DNA of 64,000 bases. It comes from Octopus sinensis (taxonomy: Eukaryota). The stretch lies in contig NC_042998.1 of NCBI RefSeq assembly GCF_006345805.1, forward strand, positions 58,342,001 to 58,406,000. Direction: 5' to 3'. Of this stretch, positions 41,201 through 56,524 are shown piece after piece. The stretch's first letter is position 1, and every line of letters begins with the position of its first letter. A program made the translations under genes and the position numbers. The notes under the pieces were generated by a model that was not told where the DNA came from, did not search any database, and was given only the letters and a program-made list of their open reading frames with translations.

Positions 41201-43020
41201 GAAAGTCTTATAGAATACCTTGAGAGATTTAAAGATTTCTTGATTGACCATTTTCAGCATTTTATAGTTTATATAGAAGTTCATAGAGCAATTCAATGAC
41301 GGATTAACCTCAAATATGTGGACAGTATTACTGAAAGCTCAACAACTCAAGGACAATGAACCAAACAAGTATTCAGAAATGCTGCAATAGATTCTGTCTG
41401 TGGTAGAGATATGATATTATATAGAGTAGCATGTGTTTGACCTGGGAAATTATAACAGCAGAACAAAAGCCAACTAAATCATATAACGTAAACAAGCATG
41501 GAAACAAACTAGGAGTACAAATTACATTCCCTTATTATAATAAATATCAGGAATAAATTCATAAATATTTTTTAATAAAAATTTCTTCATGCTACTTGAA
41601 GATCACCAAGCAGCACAAAACCCTGAGCAAAGGGTATAATGGATATTTGTTTATATACATTTACATTTATAGAGACAAACTAGAAAAAGAACATTCATTA
41701 CATGTAGTAGGGATTATTATTGTGTATCTTTTCTTAGTTTCAGCCATTGGACCGTGGCCATGCTGGGGCACAGCCTCAAATGATTCTTAGCGAAACAGAT
41801 CAACTCTTAATACTTATTTTAAAGTCTGGTACTAATTCCATCAGTGTCATTTGCCAAATCTCTAAGTTACTGGGACACAAACAAACCAACATCAGTTGTC
41901 AAGTAATGATGATGAGAACAACACAAGCACAGTGAAATACACATACACATATATACAAGAAGCTTACACACAGTTTCTGTCTACCAAATTCACTCACAAA
42001 ACATTGGAGCTATAGAAGACAGTTAGAGACATGCCCAAGGTGATGCACGTTGGAATTGAACCCAAAGCCACATGGTTGCAAAGTGTGCTTTTTAACCACA
42101 CAGCCATGTCTATTCCTATATTTGTATAAATTTAAAGATTCAGTCTGTAGCTTCTTGGAGTTTCATGTGTGTAAGCAATTACTGCGACTATGTTGAATAC
42201 AATCCATTTTCCCTGATATAGCCTGAGTGATTGTGCCCAAATATATAAACTGCCTCTCTCTGTATATTAAAACAATTTGAAGAATAATCATATTCTTCTC
42301 TTTTTTTTTAAATAGATTTAAATGAAACTAAATAACTTTTTAATTTCTTCTAAATACTTTTGTTAAGATAGAAAATGTTGATAATCATTTATTTTGTGAA
42401 AGATGAGATAGAAAAATCGATTAATTCAATTTTAATATCAGCCTTTGGGATTTAGAATATACATTAGTAGATGCATATTGAAAGTAATGTGAATGTAATA
42501 AAGATCAGTTCAGATGGTGTATTTAAAGCAGAAGCAGTAAATACTGAGTTAGTAAGAAAATTGAGGTGTTTAGCCATTTATTGTAGTTGGAAATTGAGAA
42601 ATAAATGAGCAAGTTGCCATATAATTTAGTTAATTAGAGACAGAAAATTGTTGTGTGAAACATATTGATTAACGTGGAATGAAAATTGAAGCTGTAATAG
42701 AAGCAGACAGATAAAAGTGAACAATACTATGATAGCAGTAAGTGAGGATGAAAGATATTTTAAAATGATAAGATACTGATCTGGTGGACAGCGTTTCATA
42801 TGCAATAAAGAATACCTATACCTAAGGCAAAAGGATAAATGACTAATTTTAGTGGCAGGCTGCCAACCAAAGACTGTTGTTCTAGATAGTATTATTGTGT
42901 CTATGGTCAAGACTCTCACTGATTCAGACCGACAAATGTTAACTCACTCTTATAGTGTTGGTATATGTATTCCGTTGCAAGCAGTGGGAGCCCTGTATAA
43001 CTGACTTGCTTCTCAAGAGC

Positions 43021-43248
43021 TTAACCCCTTAGCATTTAAGCCAGTCATACCAGGCCAAAATATTCTACCTGATTTATGTTCAAACTGGCCAGATCTTGCT
43101 CTTCACACCTATCCTACAATATCATTCTTAAAATTAACAGTTACCTCATAAGAATCTGAAATCTATAAGGTAATACAGGATTTATTCAAAATAATGTGAA
43201 TAAATAATCGTTTCATTAAACAGAACAATCATTATGCTAAACAATTAG
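43021..43248. mobile_element. piggyBac-type MITE family 2
   Basis: Starts TTAACCCCTTAGCATTTAA; body matches 62389-62616 in reverse. Confidence 0.75.
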
Positions 43249-44151
43249 TGTATTAAGTTCAATACTACTATGGAAATGGAAAATATTGCAGAAAGCCATT
43301 CTCAGTGGATGTTTCTTTGAAAATTCTCTAAGTATTTCCCCAATAGAAATGTCAGCTACTGAGAGAAAGACAGCACTGAAAGAAAACAATGTTACGATTT
43401 TTAGACTAGTAATAGACTCTTGGAGAACAGAATCAATGAACTAGTTTTTTATTCCGCCATCTATTCCTCCATCTCAAAAGCATTAGTAATGTAATCAAAA
43501 TAAAATAGCTACAATTAAGAATCATATATATGTATCTTGTAGAATTAGCTTGCTAGCAGTTTACTTTTCTACTCTACTGTGAGTGGCAGGAAAATATTTA
43601 GATTAAAAAAGAAAAAGGCAAAAACAAAATATTGATGCGATCATAAAAGATATATTTGATATATTCAAATAGGTAGGCCTGGAAGCAGTGTAGGTGGGAC
43701 ACCTACGCACAGTTTCTTTTGAAAAGGAACAAAATTACTGTGCATGTGAATGAACAAGCACGGAACATGTATCCAGGGTGTTTTATTTATATACTTCTGC
43801 TCTATTTATATTTCCCCATATTTTCAGTACTCTTTATAAGCATGTTACAGTGACACTTTTATATGTTCAATAAAGGTAAAATTAGAATCATATTTAATTT
43901 TGCTTAATATTCACATTATGTAACTATTCACCTTATATAGTTGCTTACTTAATATATTTGATTATCTTGTATAACAATTCATCTTATTCACATATCTTCT
44001 CATAAAACTATTTGCTTTATATCACTGTTTACCTTATACAGCTGTTCATTTCGTATATCTGTTCATCTTATAAGACTATTTACTTTATATATTATTTTTA
44101 AACCTATGAGAGTTTATATATATATATATGTATATGTATATGTATATGTAA

Positions 44152-44182
<31 letters not shown>

Positions 44183-44613
44183 TGATATATATATGTGTGT
44201 GTGTATATATATATATATCTATATATATTTATACTTATAAGATTTAATCATATCAAAGGGAAATGGAAATTAATAGAAATTTTCATTTCTAATGACCTAG
44301 CATGTAAAAATTTAGTCCAAAGACTATGTATTATATTCACTGTATATATTTATAAATATATATTCTGTGCCGATGGCACGTAAAATGCACCCACTACACT
44401 CACGGAGTGGTTGGTGTTAGGAAGGGCATGTAGCTGTAGAAACACTGCCAGATCAGACTGGAGCCTGGTGCAGCCTCCTGGCTTTCCAGACTCCGGTCAA
44501 ACCGCCCAACCCATGCTAGCATGGAAAACGGACGTTAAACGATGATGATGATGTTGATTCATATATATATTATATATATATATATATTATATAATATATA
44601 TATATATATATAC

Positions 44614-44645
<32 letters not shown>

Positions 44646-45794
44646 CATATATATAATAGATAATAGATAGATAGATAGATAGAAGATAGATGTGGTGTGT
44701 GTGTGTATTTTGCAGACAATTTGCAGACGTGAATGCTATCAGTTGAATATTGGATGCTAGCAAGCTTATAGGGTGGGGATCATCAGGAGATAATGCATGC
44801 TGTTTCAGGGCCTACTTCTCGACAGCATCATCGTACACCAGTCCTGCTCACTGAAATGAGGCCCTGCTTTCTAAATCAACTGGTTATTAGGCTTTTCTCA
44901 ATACTCTTCTAGCCATATCTCATCATCTCTTTTTAACCAGATCCAATGGCTCACCATCTCCACTGTAGTCTGGATATCACTCATGATGCTATTTGCTTTA
45001 CAATGAGGTTAGGGCTAGTGACAACAATCATCTCACACTGTGTCTAATGAATCCTCAACATCTAACTTTAAATGGAAAATGCTCCGCTTCCCAGCCTGCA
45101 TCTTCACAGACCTAAAGGAGGTTTATGTAACGATTGATCTTTCAAGCCTGAGCTGTGTCCATTTATTTTTCATGAGGAACTGTTAACTTGACTATATTTA
45201 CTACTTTCTTTCTTTCATACCATATCATAATATCTTGCTTCGTTGTAACTGGAATGGGGGAGAATCCTTGGAACCCCAGTAGATCTGCAACCACCTCCCA
45301 ATAGCTGTTCCACTTTTCATCATTCAGAGGAAGTTTCTTCTTCTTCAAACGGATCTGCTGTCTTGAATGCACAAAGATAATGAAATCTTTAACTGGTTTC
45401 TTCAGTGGTTTTTTAATCACTGCTGATGAGAGCAATTTGGTTCTTAGTAGCATTGAAGAGGACCTTAAGGACCAGATTGTGTCCCCATGTATGTCTATTC
45501 AATGTCAGTAGATAGATATACACGGAATCACAATCTCCATGCAAATACCATCATCACCTTTATCAATGCTTTAACAATCATATTTCTATGTTTTCCCAGG
45601 GTGGGAGAGTCTACCTTACAAAATAATATTGGTTTCAAATTTTAGCACAAGGTCAGCAAGTTCAGATGTGTGGGTAAATCGATTACCTCAACCTTGACTG
45701 GTACTTGACCCCAGAAGGATGAAAAATCAAAGATGACCCTGTGGAATATGAACTCAGAACATAAAGATGGACGAAATGCCCTCACAGTAATAAT

Positions 45795-45950
45795 TATTTC
45801 TTTACTGCCCACAAGGGGCTACACACAGAGGGGACAAACAAGGACAGACAAACAGATTAAGTCGATTATATCGACCCCAGTGCGTAACTGGTACTTCTTT
45901 AATTGACCCCGAGAGGATGAAAGGCAAAGTCGACCTCGGCGGAATTTGAA
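45795..45950 (-). mobile_element. 5'-truncated family C SINE variant with 14-bp TSD
   Basis: CTCACAGTAATAAT duplicated at 45781-45794 and 45951-45964. Confidence 0.8.
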
Positions 45951-46465
45951 CTCACAGTAATAATATTGCCACTCAGTATTTTGTTCCCGTCTTGTCAGTG
46001 AAGCCCAGCACACGGATAGCAAACCTCACCACTTATTTCTATATCTTCCCTTGTCTGCCTCTTCTACGATTACTCTGCACAGACAACAGCCCAGTGGGAC
46101 TCTTTCTCACAGCATTCTCATCATCCATTCTACATCAAATATTCACACCAAGGTTGTTGTTAGTAGTGTTTAGCCCCAGGTCAGTTCTGATCAAGCATTC
46201 TTGATTTATGATCAAATATTCCAGCCTTAAACATCTTGTTATTATCCAATTTGTCCTACTTTTTGCAAAGGATAAGGTGTGGTTTAAGTGTACTTTGGCT
46301 GTTATTTACAGTTGGTTGAACGACCACATACTAGTAACTTCGTTATATACTCAGATTAATTTTATTAATAATGACCTTGTGTGCTATAAAAAAAAGCTAC
46401 CTTAATATCTTATTGAAAAGACAATCATATTAATTACCGTGCAGTGCATATATATATATATGTAT

Positions 46466-46629
46466 GCAGGAGTGGCTGTGTGGTAAGTAGCTTGCTTACC
46501 AACCACACGGTTCTGAGTTCAATCCCACAGCATGGCACCTTGGGCAAATGTCTTCCACTATAGCCTCATGCCAACCAAAGCCTTGTGAGTGGATTTGGTA
46601 GATGGAAATTGAAAGAATCCTGTTGTATA

Positions 46630-46695
<66 letters not shown>

Positions 46696-46955
46696 CACAC
46701 ATACATATATATATATACACACATATATATACATATATGTTTGTGTGTCTGTGTTTGTATTTGTATTTGGACCCACCACCACTGTCCGTTTGTTTAAGTC
46801 CCTGTAACTTAACAGTTCAGCAAAAAGAGACTGGTAAAATAAGTACCAAGCTTTGAAAAAAATGATATGTACTGGGGTAGGTTCATTCAACTAAAACATT
46901 CTTCAAGGTGGTGCTCCAGCATGGCCACAGTCAAATGACTAAAACAAGTCAAGTT
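46466..46955 (+). mobile_element. SINE family A
   Basis: Full head, core and tail. Confidence 0.85.
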
Positions 46956-47939
46956 TAATTTCAAATTCCTGAGAGCATTACAATGATTTTGCTCAGAACC
47001 AATACAGAAATAGAATCTAAAGCAACAACAGATTCGGTTAAACATTTAAGCTAATTTAGATTCAAGGAAAAAGAAATGAATTCTAATATTGATGTAAGCT
47101 TGAATTGATTAATAAGTGAATAGAAAGACACGATGTAGTTTTTTTGTTTATTGTTTCATTTTGTTTTTGTTTTTTCTGCAGTTTCATCTTGATTCTGAGA
47201 TTATACTGAAATATTCTTAACTAATTTAATGGCCAGGGATGAATGTAAAGTAAAATTGTTCCCTAATAAGAATGAATGGGGCAAAAGTATCCTAGAATGC
47301 CTATTGTATAGAAAATAATTTGTTAAATAACATAACTAACATAATTAAAAATAATTAACAAATAACCTATTTCATGTAATAATTGTTTCTAATATAGTCT
47401 CACAACCAGAAATTCAATGGAAATGGTTAGTTTTGATTCCAGAGCTAAGTTGACACTTCATTTTATTGAACTCAAAAAGGTAAAAGCAATGTTTACTTTG
47501 ATAGGATTCGAACTCAGAATGCAAAGTGCCAAATTATATACAACATCACATTTTTTCTGATGTTTAAATTTCTAACATAGGCACTCATCCAGAAATTATG
47601 AACGGAAGGATTAGCCTATTAAGTCAATCCCAATACATGAGTAATACTTTATTTAATTGACCCCAGAAGGAATCAGTTAAATTAGAAGGTTAACTATGAT
47701 GAGATTGGACATAGAAATAAAGAGTTAAAACTATATACCACAAGGCATTTTGATAAACTCTCTAAACCAAGGGTATCAAACTTGTTTGGATCTGCTGGCC
47801 AGAATGAAATATAGACAAGATCTCATGAGCAAGATAGGGGCATTTATTCTTAAGATATCCCTATGAATAGTGTAAATGAATAAAGAGACCAATATACAGT
47901 TATAACTTTATTAACACAAAAAAAGGAAAGGTGATGAAC

Positions 47940-49220
47940 TACGAGGGGTGTCTGAAAAGTCTTGAGCCTCAAAAAAACAAAACATAGTACAAGACTTCTG
48001 ATGATTTATTTTTCAACATAGAACCCTTTGATGGCTGAACACTTTCTCCAGTGGTGCTGAAGTGCCATTATCCCAGCGTAGGGGAACTCTTTTGTTTGAG
48101 ACTTTAAGAAACTTCCTACAGTATCTATGACGTCATTGTCAGTGGCAAAATGGCGACCAGCCAGGGCTTTTTTCATTTTTGGGAATAGATGAAAGTCAGA
48201 GGAGGCCAAGTCTGGTGAATAAGACAGATGGGGAACAATTTCGTATCCACAATCACGAATTGTTGCCATGGCAACCACTGAGGTGTGGGCTGGAGCATTG
48301 TTGTGATGAAAAAGGACTCCTCTGGTGAGCATTCCTGGCCTTTTTTCTTTGATTGCTTCCTGGAGGCATTACAGTAGCTGAGAATAATACAGCCCTTTTC
48401 AAGGTAATCGATCAGCTGGACACCTTGAGAATAAAAAAAAAAACTGATGCCATGACCTTGCCAGCTGAAGGAATGATCTGACCTTCTTTGCAGTAGGAGA
48501 AGATGTGCTTCCACTGCTTTGATTGTTCTTTGGTTTCAGGCTGGTAGTGATGAACCCAACTTTCGTCCATAGAAATAAAATGAGCAAGAAAATTCTCTTC
48601 ATCGGCTTCAAACAGTTCCAGTTTACTCGTGGACAAAGTACACCTGGTGCGTTTCTGTTCAGGAGTCAAAAGGCAAGGGACCCACCTTGCAGAAACCTTT
48701 GAGAACCCAAATTCTTTTGTCACAATAATGTCTGCTCTTTCCTTTGAGATGCCCAGTCTCTCAGCTATCTGGTAACATAATATTCGATGATCTTGCATTA
48801 TCATACCAAGAGCAAATTCAATGTTGTGCTCGGTGGTTGCAGCTGGAGGCCTCCCTGGTGTGGGATCATCTTCCACACTCTCCCTGCCATGCTGGAATTC
48901 ATTTACCCAGCGTTTGACGGTTGCATATCAAGGAGCATTGTCTGTTAAGGTTCTCACCATATCTTCATGGATTTCTGATGGAGTCATGCCTTTCAAATGA
49001 CGGTACTTTACGACAGCACAATACTCAGTTTTCTCCATTTTCCTTGTAAACTCGACACTTGTTTCTTCAAAAATCTGTAACAAAAAAAATTAAAATATCA
49101 GAATCATGAAAATGAGCAAGAATACTCCAAAAAGACTGTACTTACCAGAAAAAAACTGTTTCAGCTACCTAGCAGCCCCGTTTGTAGATTAGGCTCAGAA
49201 CATTTCATACATCCATCATA
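47940..49220 (-). mobile_element. Full-length (about 1.28 kb) defective mariner, irritans/Himar1-like
   Basis: About 30-bp imperfect TIRs including terminal TA (TACGAGGGGTGTCTGAAAAGTCTTGAGCCT / AGGCTCAGAACATTTCATACATCCATCATA). Confidence 0.93.
48006..49038 (-). pseudogene. DD34D mariner transposase pseudogene
   Basis: MEKTEY..., WVP..LT.EQK, ISMDESWVHHY, SAGKVMASVF, IDYLEKG, FHHNNA (second Asp changed to Asn), YSPDLASSDFHLF, YVEK*; contains an in-frame stop and frameshifts. Confidence 0.9.
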
Positions 49221-51744
49221 TTAGAAAGTTTGTGTAAAGATGTGTGGGAAAGGCTGATCAACATATCTATTAGGTAACAATCCTTTGAGTGAGACAAAGA
49301 TAGAAATTGTCCAAATTAATGCAAGCAGTTTTTGAAAAGTCCATGCTTGATAGAAAATTTGTACTCTTACAACTACAAAACCTTTCAATATCTTTCATAT
49401 CTTTCAAATCCATTCTAATAAAACTTAATGTGTACATTTGAAAAAGAAAGTAGTTTGTCTTAGCTTAGCATATATAGACAAAGTGAAGGGGAAATTGATC
49501 ACATCTTTTAGTATGAGAATTGATTTGTAAGTTTCATTTCTATTGACAGAGATAACAAAAGCTTCCCTGGGGTGCACTGGTTTGACTAAGCAGAACTGGT
49601 GCTCTACTAACTCTGAATTCACGCTAGTGTGATATATATTTTATGGAATATTTTAAAATTCAAATAATGATGATAATAATAAATCTTGTAATAGAATTGA
49701 TCAAGAGGCTAGATGAAGAATTGCCATGGGCAAGTTCCAACATGCAGGCTATATATTCAACATTCTTGCTCTAATATTTCAGCCAACCCATTACATTTCT
49801 CCTACATTCAAATCTTGCTGTGGTTAACTTTGCATTTTATCCTTTTAGTGTTAATAATATGAAATACAGCCATGATTTAGTAAAACAAATTACCAGTCAT
49901 ATTTAAGGCATTGAACTAAGAAATTGGTGAGGAGAAATAACCATAACAATCTTGCTAACACTGGTGAATAATAATAGAGGAGCCGATTCCTAAAATTTTA
50001 ATCAATTAGAACAATTAAAAATATAGAATACAATGGGATGTGAGAGTAATCTTTGCAGTAAGGGGATAACTTTGGACATATTTCAGCCAAACTATCAACC
50101 CCATAACATATGACTTTGGTTTGTTGAGGTAATCTTATAGGCCCAAAATATGTTTTGAGTTTTTAAGCATGCCAGCCAAAGATCAGATTATTTTTTCTCT
50201 TTTCCTGAATGCTTATTTCCAATGCTTAATTAACTGAGATTTCAGTGTTATCAAACCATCAAAGATGCATGGGATTTGAAGTTGTCTCCCCTTCTGGTCT
50301 TGTGCATTGGTCATACAGGTATGTGTCTGGATGGATTATTGAGGTTATCTTGCTCGGACCCTGCGTTTGTATTTACTATAGAATTTATTATCCACATAAT
50401 ATATATATATGTGTGTGTGTGTGACACATATTATACATGTGTAAAAATCAGTCAAATTATTTATTTGTTGCTGAAGAAAAACAAAAAGACTGATATCAAC
50501 AGTTTAAATTTAGGCAAGAATAACTTAAAAGCATACAGTACAAGTGTTTCACATACTTTCTTCCAATGAAAAATAAAAACAATTTCATGAATGAGAAAAT
50601 TAAAACTGTCTTGAAACATCCATGGATAACTAAAATTCATTGCTCTTCACAAACCATAGAGAACTAATAAGGGGATTTGTAAAATCTGTAATTAGGAATT
50701 TAAGTATGAGGTCACTCACCTTAATTGCTTCCCTATCACTCTTTGTTGATATAGCTCACTCTACACATTATCTAGGTACATTATTCTATTGCAAATCCAT
50801 TACTTCACCTTTCATTACGCTATCTCTTCCAGCATTTAGTCCTTATTGCTGTCCCTTTTCCATTTCTCCGTCCCTATATGTCCCCTGTCATTGTCATGTT
50901 TTTCTTCTGTTTGCCCTCTTGAATGAACAGTGACCTGTCTTGAATAATCTTAAATAGCTTTGTATACGTTATAGTTGTAGAATTTACATAACCATGAAAA
51001 CTGGGAATATTTTGAAAATTTCACCAAAGTAATTTGGCTTGCCGGAAGATTAAATAAACAGACACATTCTGAGTCATTTTCAGTATTTGCTTATATGCAA
51101 AAAGTTTTGTATATCAATATTTGATAAACACAATACATCATCTCTTGTAATTTTGATAATTTTCGTATATACACAATTTTGTTCATATCCTATTCACATA
51201 AATACAGTGACATGTGTTTACAAACTGTCTAAAATAGTCCCTTGACTCTGCCAAGAATGCTTCTGCAAGTCTTGCAAGTAATGGCTGATATGAATATTAT
51301 TATATTATATAATCTCAACCAGTGTTGGGGGCGTATCTATAGATGTGTTTATATGTGTGTGTATGAGTGTTGTCATGAAACTCATGTGTTTATATAAGTG
51401 AGTTCTATGTGTATGCATGTGTCAATCATATGTGTGCATACATGTGAGCTATGAGCTATAACCGCATATGTATTTGTATGTCTTTCGGCGCATGTTTTTA
51501 CTTGTAGTGTTGTGTGCACCTATGTATACCTGTATATATATGCATTTTTGTATATATACTTACATGAATATACTTAAATACATAAATGTGTTTGAATCAT
51601 TAGCACATATGTGTGTACAGCTGCATTGTAAACATATGTGTGAATGTATAAGTGTGTTTTGATATATATATAATGTCAACTGCATACATGTATATACTGT
51701 ATGAGTGTTGAACATTGTATATACATACGTGATGATGTATATAC

Positions 51745-51847
<103 letters not shown>

Positions 51848-52026
51848 ATAGAGGGCATTATTACACATAAATGCCTCACACTAAGAGGGACAAAGTCATT
51901 ACTACCAAAATTACACTAATCATACTTAATGCAGTTCTTCAAAGCAAGACATTTAAAAAATGAATTTAGTTCTGTATCACCGTGATTTCACATTTAACTT
52001 ACGTCTATGAAGTTATCCTTAATTGT

Positions 52027-52115
<89 letters not shown>

Positions 52116-52822
52116 CAACTTTGAATATATTATACAAATACAGACTGGTAGTAAGCATTGAGAGATGTTTATGCCAACATGAAATTCAACACCCAGTGCA
52201 ATCAAATTCCAGTTATTCAGATATATGCAATGACCATTAACAAATCATATTTTCATGCCGTCATCATTGCTTTAATGCCCACTTTTCCATGCTTGCGCAG
52301 ATTGGGCAAAATTTGTTGAGGCAAAGTTTGCATGGCCAGATACCCTTCCTGTTTTCAATGCTTACCTGTTTCCTAGCAAAGTAATATCCCCCCGACCTCC
52401 CCCAAGGCCACACATGTCTTTCAAAGTAAACTAGAAACAAACAACATTGCTTTTATGATAGTGAGACTCATTTATAATCATCACATTATATGAAGATGAG
52501 AGTAAACACACACACATACACCCATACATCAACACACACACTTTTGCACACACACACACACACACAAACACACACAAATATATGACAGGCTTATTTCAGT
52601 TTCAGTCCAGAAGATCCCCAAATCCATTCACAAGGCATAGGTTGGTCCAGGTCCACAGTAGAAGACACTTGCTCAAGATGTCCCACAGTGGTACTGAAAC
52701 TGGAACCATATGGTTGGAAATCAAGGCTCTCAACCACACAGCACCATATATATATATATATATATATATATGCATGTATGTATGTAAGCATGCATGCACA
52801 CACACAGACACAGACACACACA

Positions 52823-52856
<34 letters not shown>

Positions 52857-53076
52857 TATCTTAATCATTAAAACTTTTTGATGTCTACTTTTCCATGCTT
52901 GCATGTATTAGACAAGTCTGTATTGAGTTTTTCAGGGGCTGGATGCCTTTCCTGATATCACTGCCCACTAATTATCAATTCCCCAGTCTATCAAACAACA
53001 AAAGTATTTTATGTGGGGAACTGGAAACAAATGACACTTTAATGAATCTTTTGTTTCCAAAGATTGTACAACAATA

Positions 53077-53495
53077 GGCGTAGGAGTGGCTGTGAGGTAA
53101 GTAGCTTTCTTACCAACCACATGGTTCTGGTTCAGTCCCACTCTGTGGCACCTTAGGCAAGTGTCTTCTACTATAGCCTCAGGTCGACCAAAGCCTTGTG
53201 AGTGGATTTGGTTGATGGAAACTGAAAGAAGCCCTTCGTATATATGTATATATGTGTGTGTGTGTGCGTGTGTGTATGTGTGTTTGTGTGTCTGTGTTTG
53301 TCCTCCCAACATCGCTTGACAACCGATGCTGGTGTGTTTACGTCCCCATAACTTTTGCGGTTCGGCAAAAGAGACCAATAGAATAAGCACTAGGCTTACA
53401 AAAAATAAGTCCTGGGGTCGATTTGCTCGACTACAAGTGGTGCTCCAGCATGGTCACTGTCAAATGACTGAAACAAGTAAAAAGAGTAAAAAAGT
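53077..53495 (+). mobile_element. SINE family A
   Basis: Full-length copy. Confidence 0.88.
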
Positions 53496-54074
53496 AACAC
53501 ATCAAGTTATATCAAGCTCAGATATCCTTTCACTCTGGAGTGCAAACCAATGATAATGTTAGGAAGCCATTGTTTACAAACCAGCAAAGACAAGGGGAAA
53601 TATAAACTCACTTGCACAAGAACACACATTCATCATCATCATCATCATCATCATCATCGTTGTTTAGCATCCGTTCGGCTGGGGGGCTGGGAAGCCAGTA
53701 GGCTGCACCAGGTTCCAGTCTGATCTGGCAGTGTTTCTACAGTTGGATGCCCTTCCCTACGCCAACCACTCTGAGAGTGTAGTGGGTGTTTTTTACATAC
53801 TACTGGCACAGGAGCCAGTCATATGGCCCTGGAATTGATCATGTTTGGCTGGTGCTTTTTACGTGCCACCGGCACTGGCATTAACTGGCATAGGAGGCAC
53901 TGGTATCAACTATGTTTGAATGGTATATTTAACATGCCATCAGCATGGAAGCCAGTCAGGAGGCACTGGCATCAACTAAGTTTGGCTTGTAAAAATCTAA
54001 GTTGTTACATCAAAGGTTATCACTCTGCAAAGTTGAATAGATAAAGAAGGCTAAAAGCTGGCCATCAAAGATTC

Positions 54075-54465
54075 TGCAACTTCAGATTTTGTAAGAGCTA
54101 CCCACTTGATGGTAACTGCCAATTACATGCAGTGCCAAAGTAGAAGTAAACAGCAGAAATGAAACTAAAGTATATGTTGGAGTAACTGAACAAACATTCA
54201 AAGTCCTGTCTTATTAGCATAAGTATTCATTTTTCAGCTCTGATGAAAAAATGTGTTACAGCTTCATCAAAATTTATATGGTTCATGCATGAGACAAATC
54301 CTCAGAAATTCAAAATTACCTGGTCAATAGTACATATGGCAAAAACCAAACAGAAACGGTAGCTTCAAATCAAAAATGCTGTGTGACCATTTTTTGAGCA
54401 AAAAATACAAAATCCTGATAACAGTTTAAACAAAAAAAATAGCATTATTAGCACCTTATATGCTT
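54075..54465 (+). mobile_element. Decayed Penelope-like GIY-YIG endonuclease fragment from a second lineage
   Basis: CNFRFCKSYPLDGNC, ETKVYVGVTEQTFK, TASSKFIW and FKITWSIV resemble the CNCR..CPLDGNC/YIG.TE..FK/LSK.IW/I.WSI motifs of PLEs. Confidence 0.7.
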
Positions 54466-55479
54466 GGGATTAATTATCTTTCATGTAAACATCAGCCTCC
54501 TTGAATTTTGTCTCAAATCAGAAAAAAAGTATTGGTTTTGAAATGTTTAATTAATATAAGTACATCATATACATACATATATATATAGTTGTGATACCTA
54601 TGCCGATGGCACGTAAAAAGCACCAACCAATTGTGGCCATTGCCAGCCTCTTCTGGCCCCTGTGCTGGTGGCAAATAAAAAGCATCCACTACGCTCACTG
54701 ATTGGTTGGTGTTAGGAAGGGCATCCAGCTGTAGAAACACTGCCAGATCAGACTGGAGCCTGGTGCAGCCTCCTGGCTTCCCCGACCCCGGTCAAACCGT
54801 CCAACCCATGATAACATGGAAAATGGACATTAAGTGATGACGATGATGATGATATATATATATGTTATGTATATATATGTATATAAATATATATGCATAT
54901 GTGTATGTACATGCACACAAATGTGTGCATGTGTGTATGTGTGAATGTCTATATGTAAATAGGTATATACTTATATTCAGACGCATGCAAACCACACACA
55001 CACATTACCACACTACCACACGCACACACATATTCATTATTTCAAAAATATTATTTGAAGATATTACTTAAACAACAATGCAATTTCATAAGAAAAGTTA
55101 TTAGAGTTGTCTTGCTTGTATGAAATTTAAGACGTTTGAAATATTCCCACAAGAGCCAAAGATGAAATTAAAAAGCGTGATCATGAAGCAGAGATTTTTG
55201 CATGTGTTACTGGTAAAGTTTTTTTCTCCAAAACACAAGAGCATAAAGATAAAGTGTTTCCTTCATACCTTCCATATAATTTCAAAATATATTCAAACAA
55301 CTGATATGACAAGGATTAGATTACCAGCTGAGTGATTGGAAACATGCAACTCTAAAATGAGCAACCTTTCAGTTATAATGTGTTAAAGAATACTGAATAT
55401 TCTACATTTAAGTATGCATAAGTTCTTTGATTTATTACTTTTGGTTAATCAACACATACATACATGCATGCACGCATAG

Positions 55480-55915
55480 CTCTCTTTTTACTTGTTTCAG
55501 TCATTTGACTATGGCCATGCTGTAGCACTGCCTGTAGTCGAGCAAATCGACCCCAGGACTTAATCTTTGTAAGCCTAGTACTTATTCTATCGGCCTCTTT
55601 TGCCGAACCGCTAAGTTACGGGGGACGTAAACACACCACCATCAGTTGTGAAGCAATGTTGGGGGGACAAACACAGACACACAAATATATACACATACAT
55701 ATATATATATATATATTTGTGTATATATATATATATATATATACATATAAACGACGGGATTCTTTCAGTTTCCGTCTACCAAATCCACTCACAAGGCATT
55801 GGTCAGCCCGAGCCTATAGTAGAAGACACTTGTCTAAGGTGCCAAGCAGTGGGACTGAACCTGGAACCATGTGGTTGGTAAGCAAGCTACTTACCACACA
55901 GCCACTCCTGCACCT
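55480..55915 (-). mobile_element. SINE family A
   Basis: Full-length copy. Confidence 0.88.
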
Positions 55916-56267
55916 GTGAAAACTCGAAATTTTGGGGTTAGTAGGCCATGCTCTTAACCACTACACCATATGCTCATATATACATACATACATTATTGAG
56001 CTGGCAGAATTCTTAACATGCTGGGCAAAATGCTTAGCAGCATTCCATCCGTCTTCACATTCTGAGTTCAAATTCTGTTGAGGTTGACTTTGCATTTAAT
56101 CCTTTCGGGGTCAATAAAAATAAGTACTAGTTAAACACTAGGATAGATTTGATTGACTCAACCCCTCTGCCAAACCTGCTGACCTTGTGCCAAAATTTGA
56201 AACCGTTATTATTATTATTATTATTATCATTATTATTATTATTATTATTATCATTATTATCATTATT

Positions 56268-56299
<32 letters not shown>

Positions 56300-56524
56300 T
56301 TAGAGTAGTTTAATTTGGCTCCATGCAATTTAAAGCATCATAGGCCTCACAGAAGTCTACCTCATCAGGCTTAAGCAGCAAAATGGAGAAATTCAGAAAG
56401 TCCAAGATAGCTACCAAAGTGGGTCACATGGCATTATTAGAAGTGAGATTGACATCCTAGCAACACCAAATAAATATTAAAAGGGAGAATTTCTTGGACT
56501 GCATGGCTGGACTGCAAGCTAGTG

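Noticed and set aside
44760-45560. Coding gene (ORF 45163-45453)
   Set aside because: No recognisable domain; at most a very decayed LINE remnant, too weak to call.
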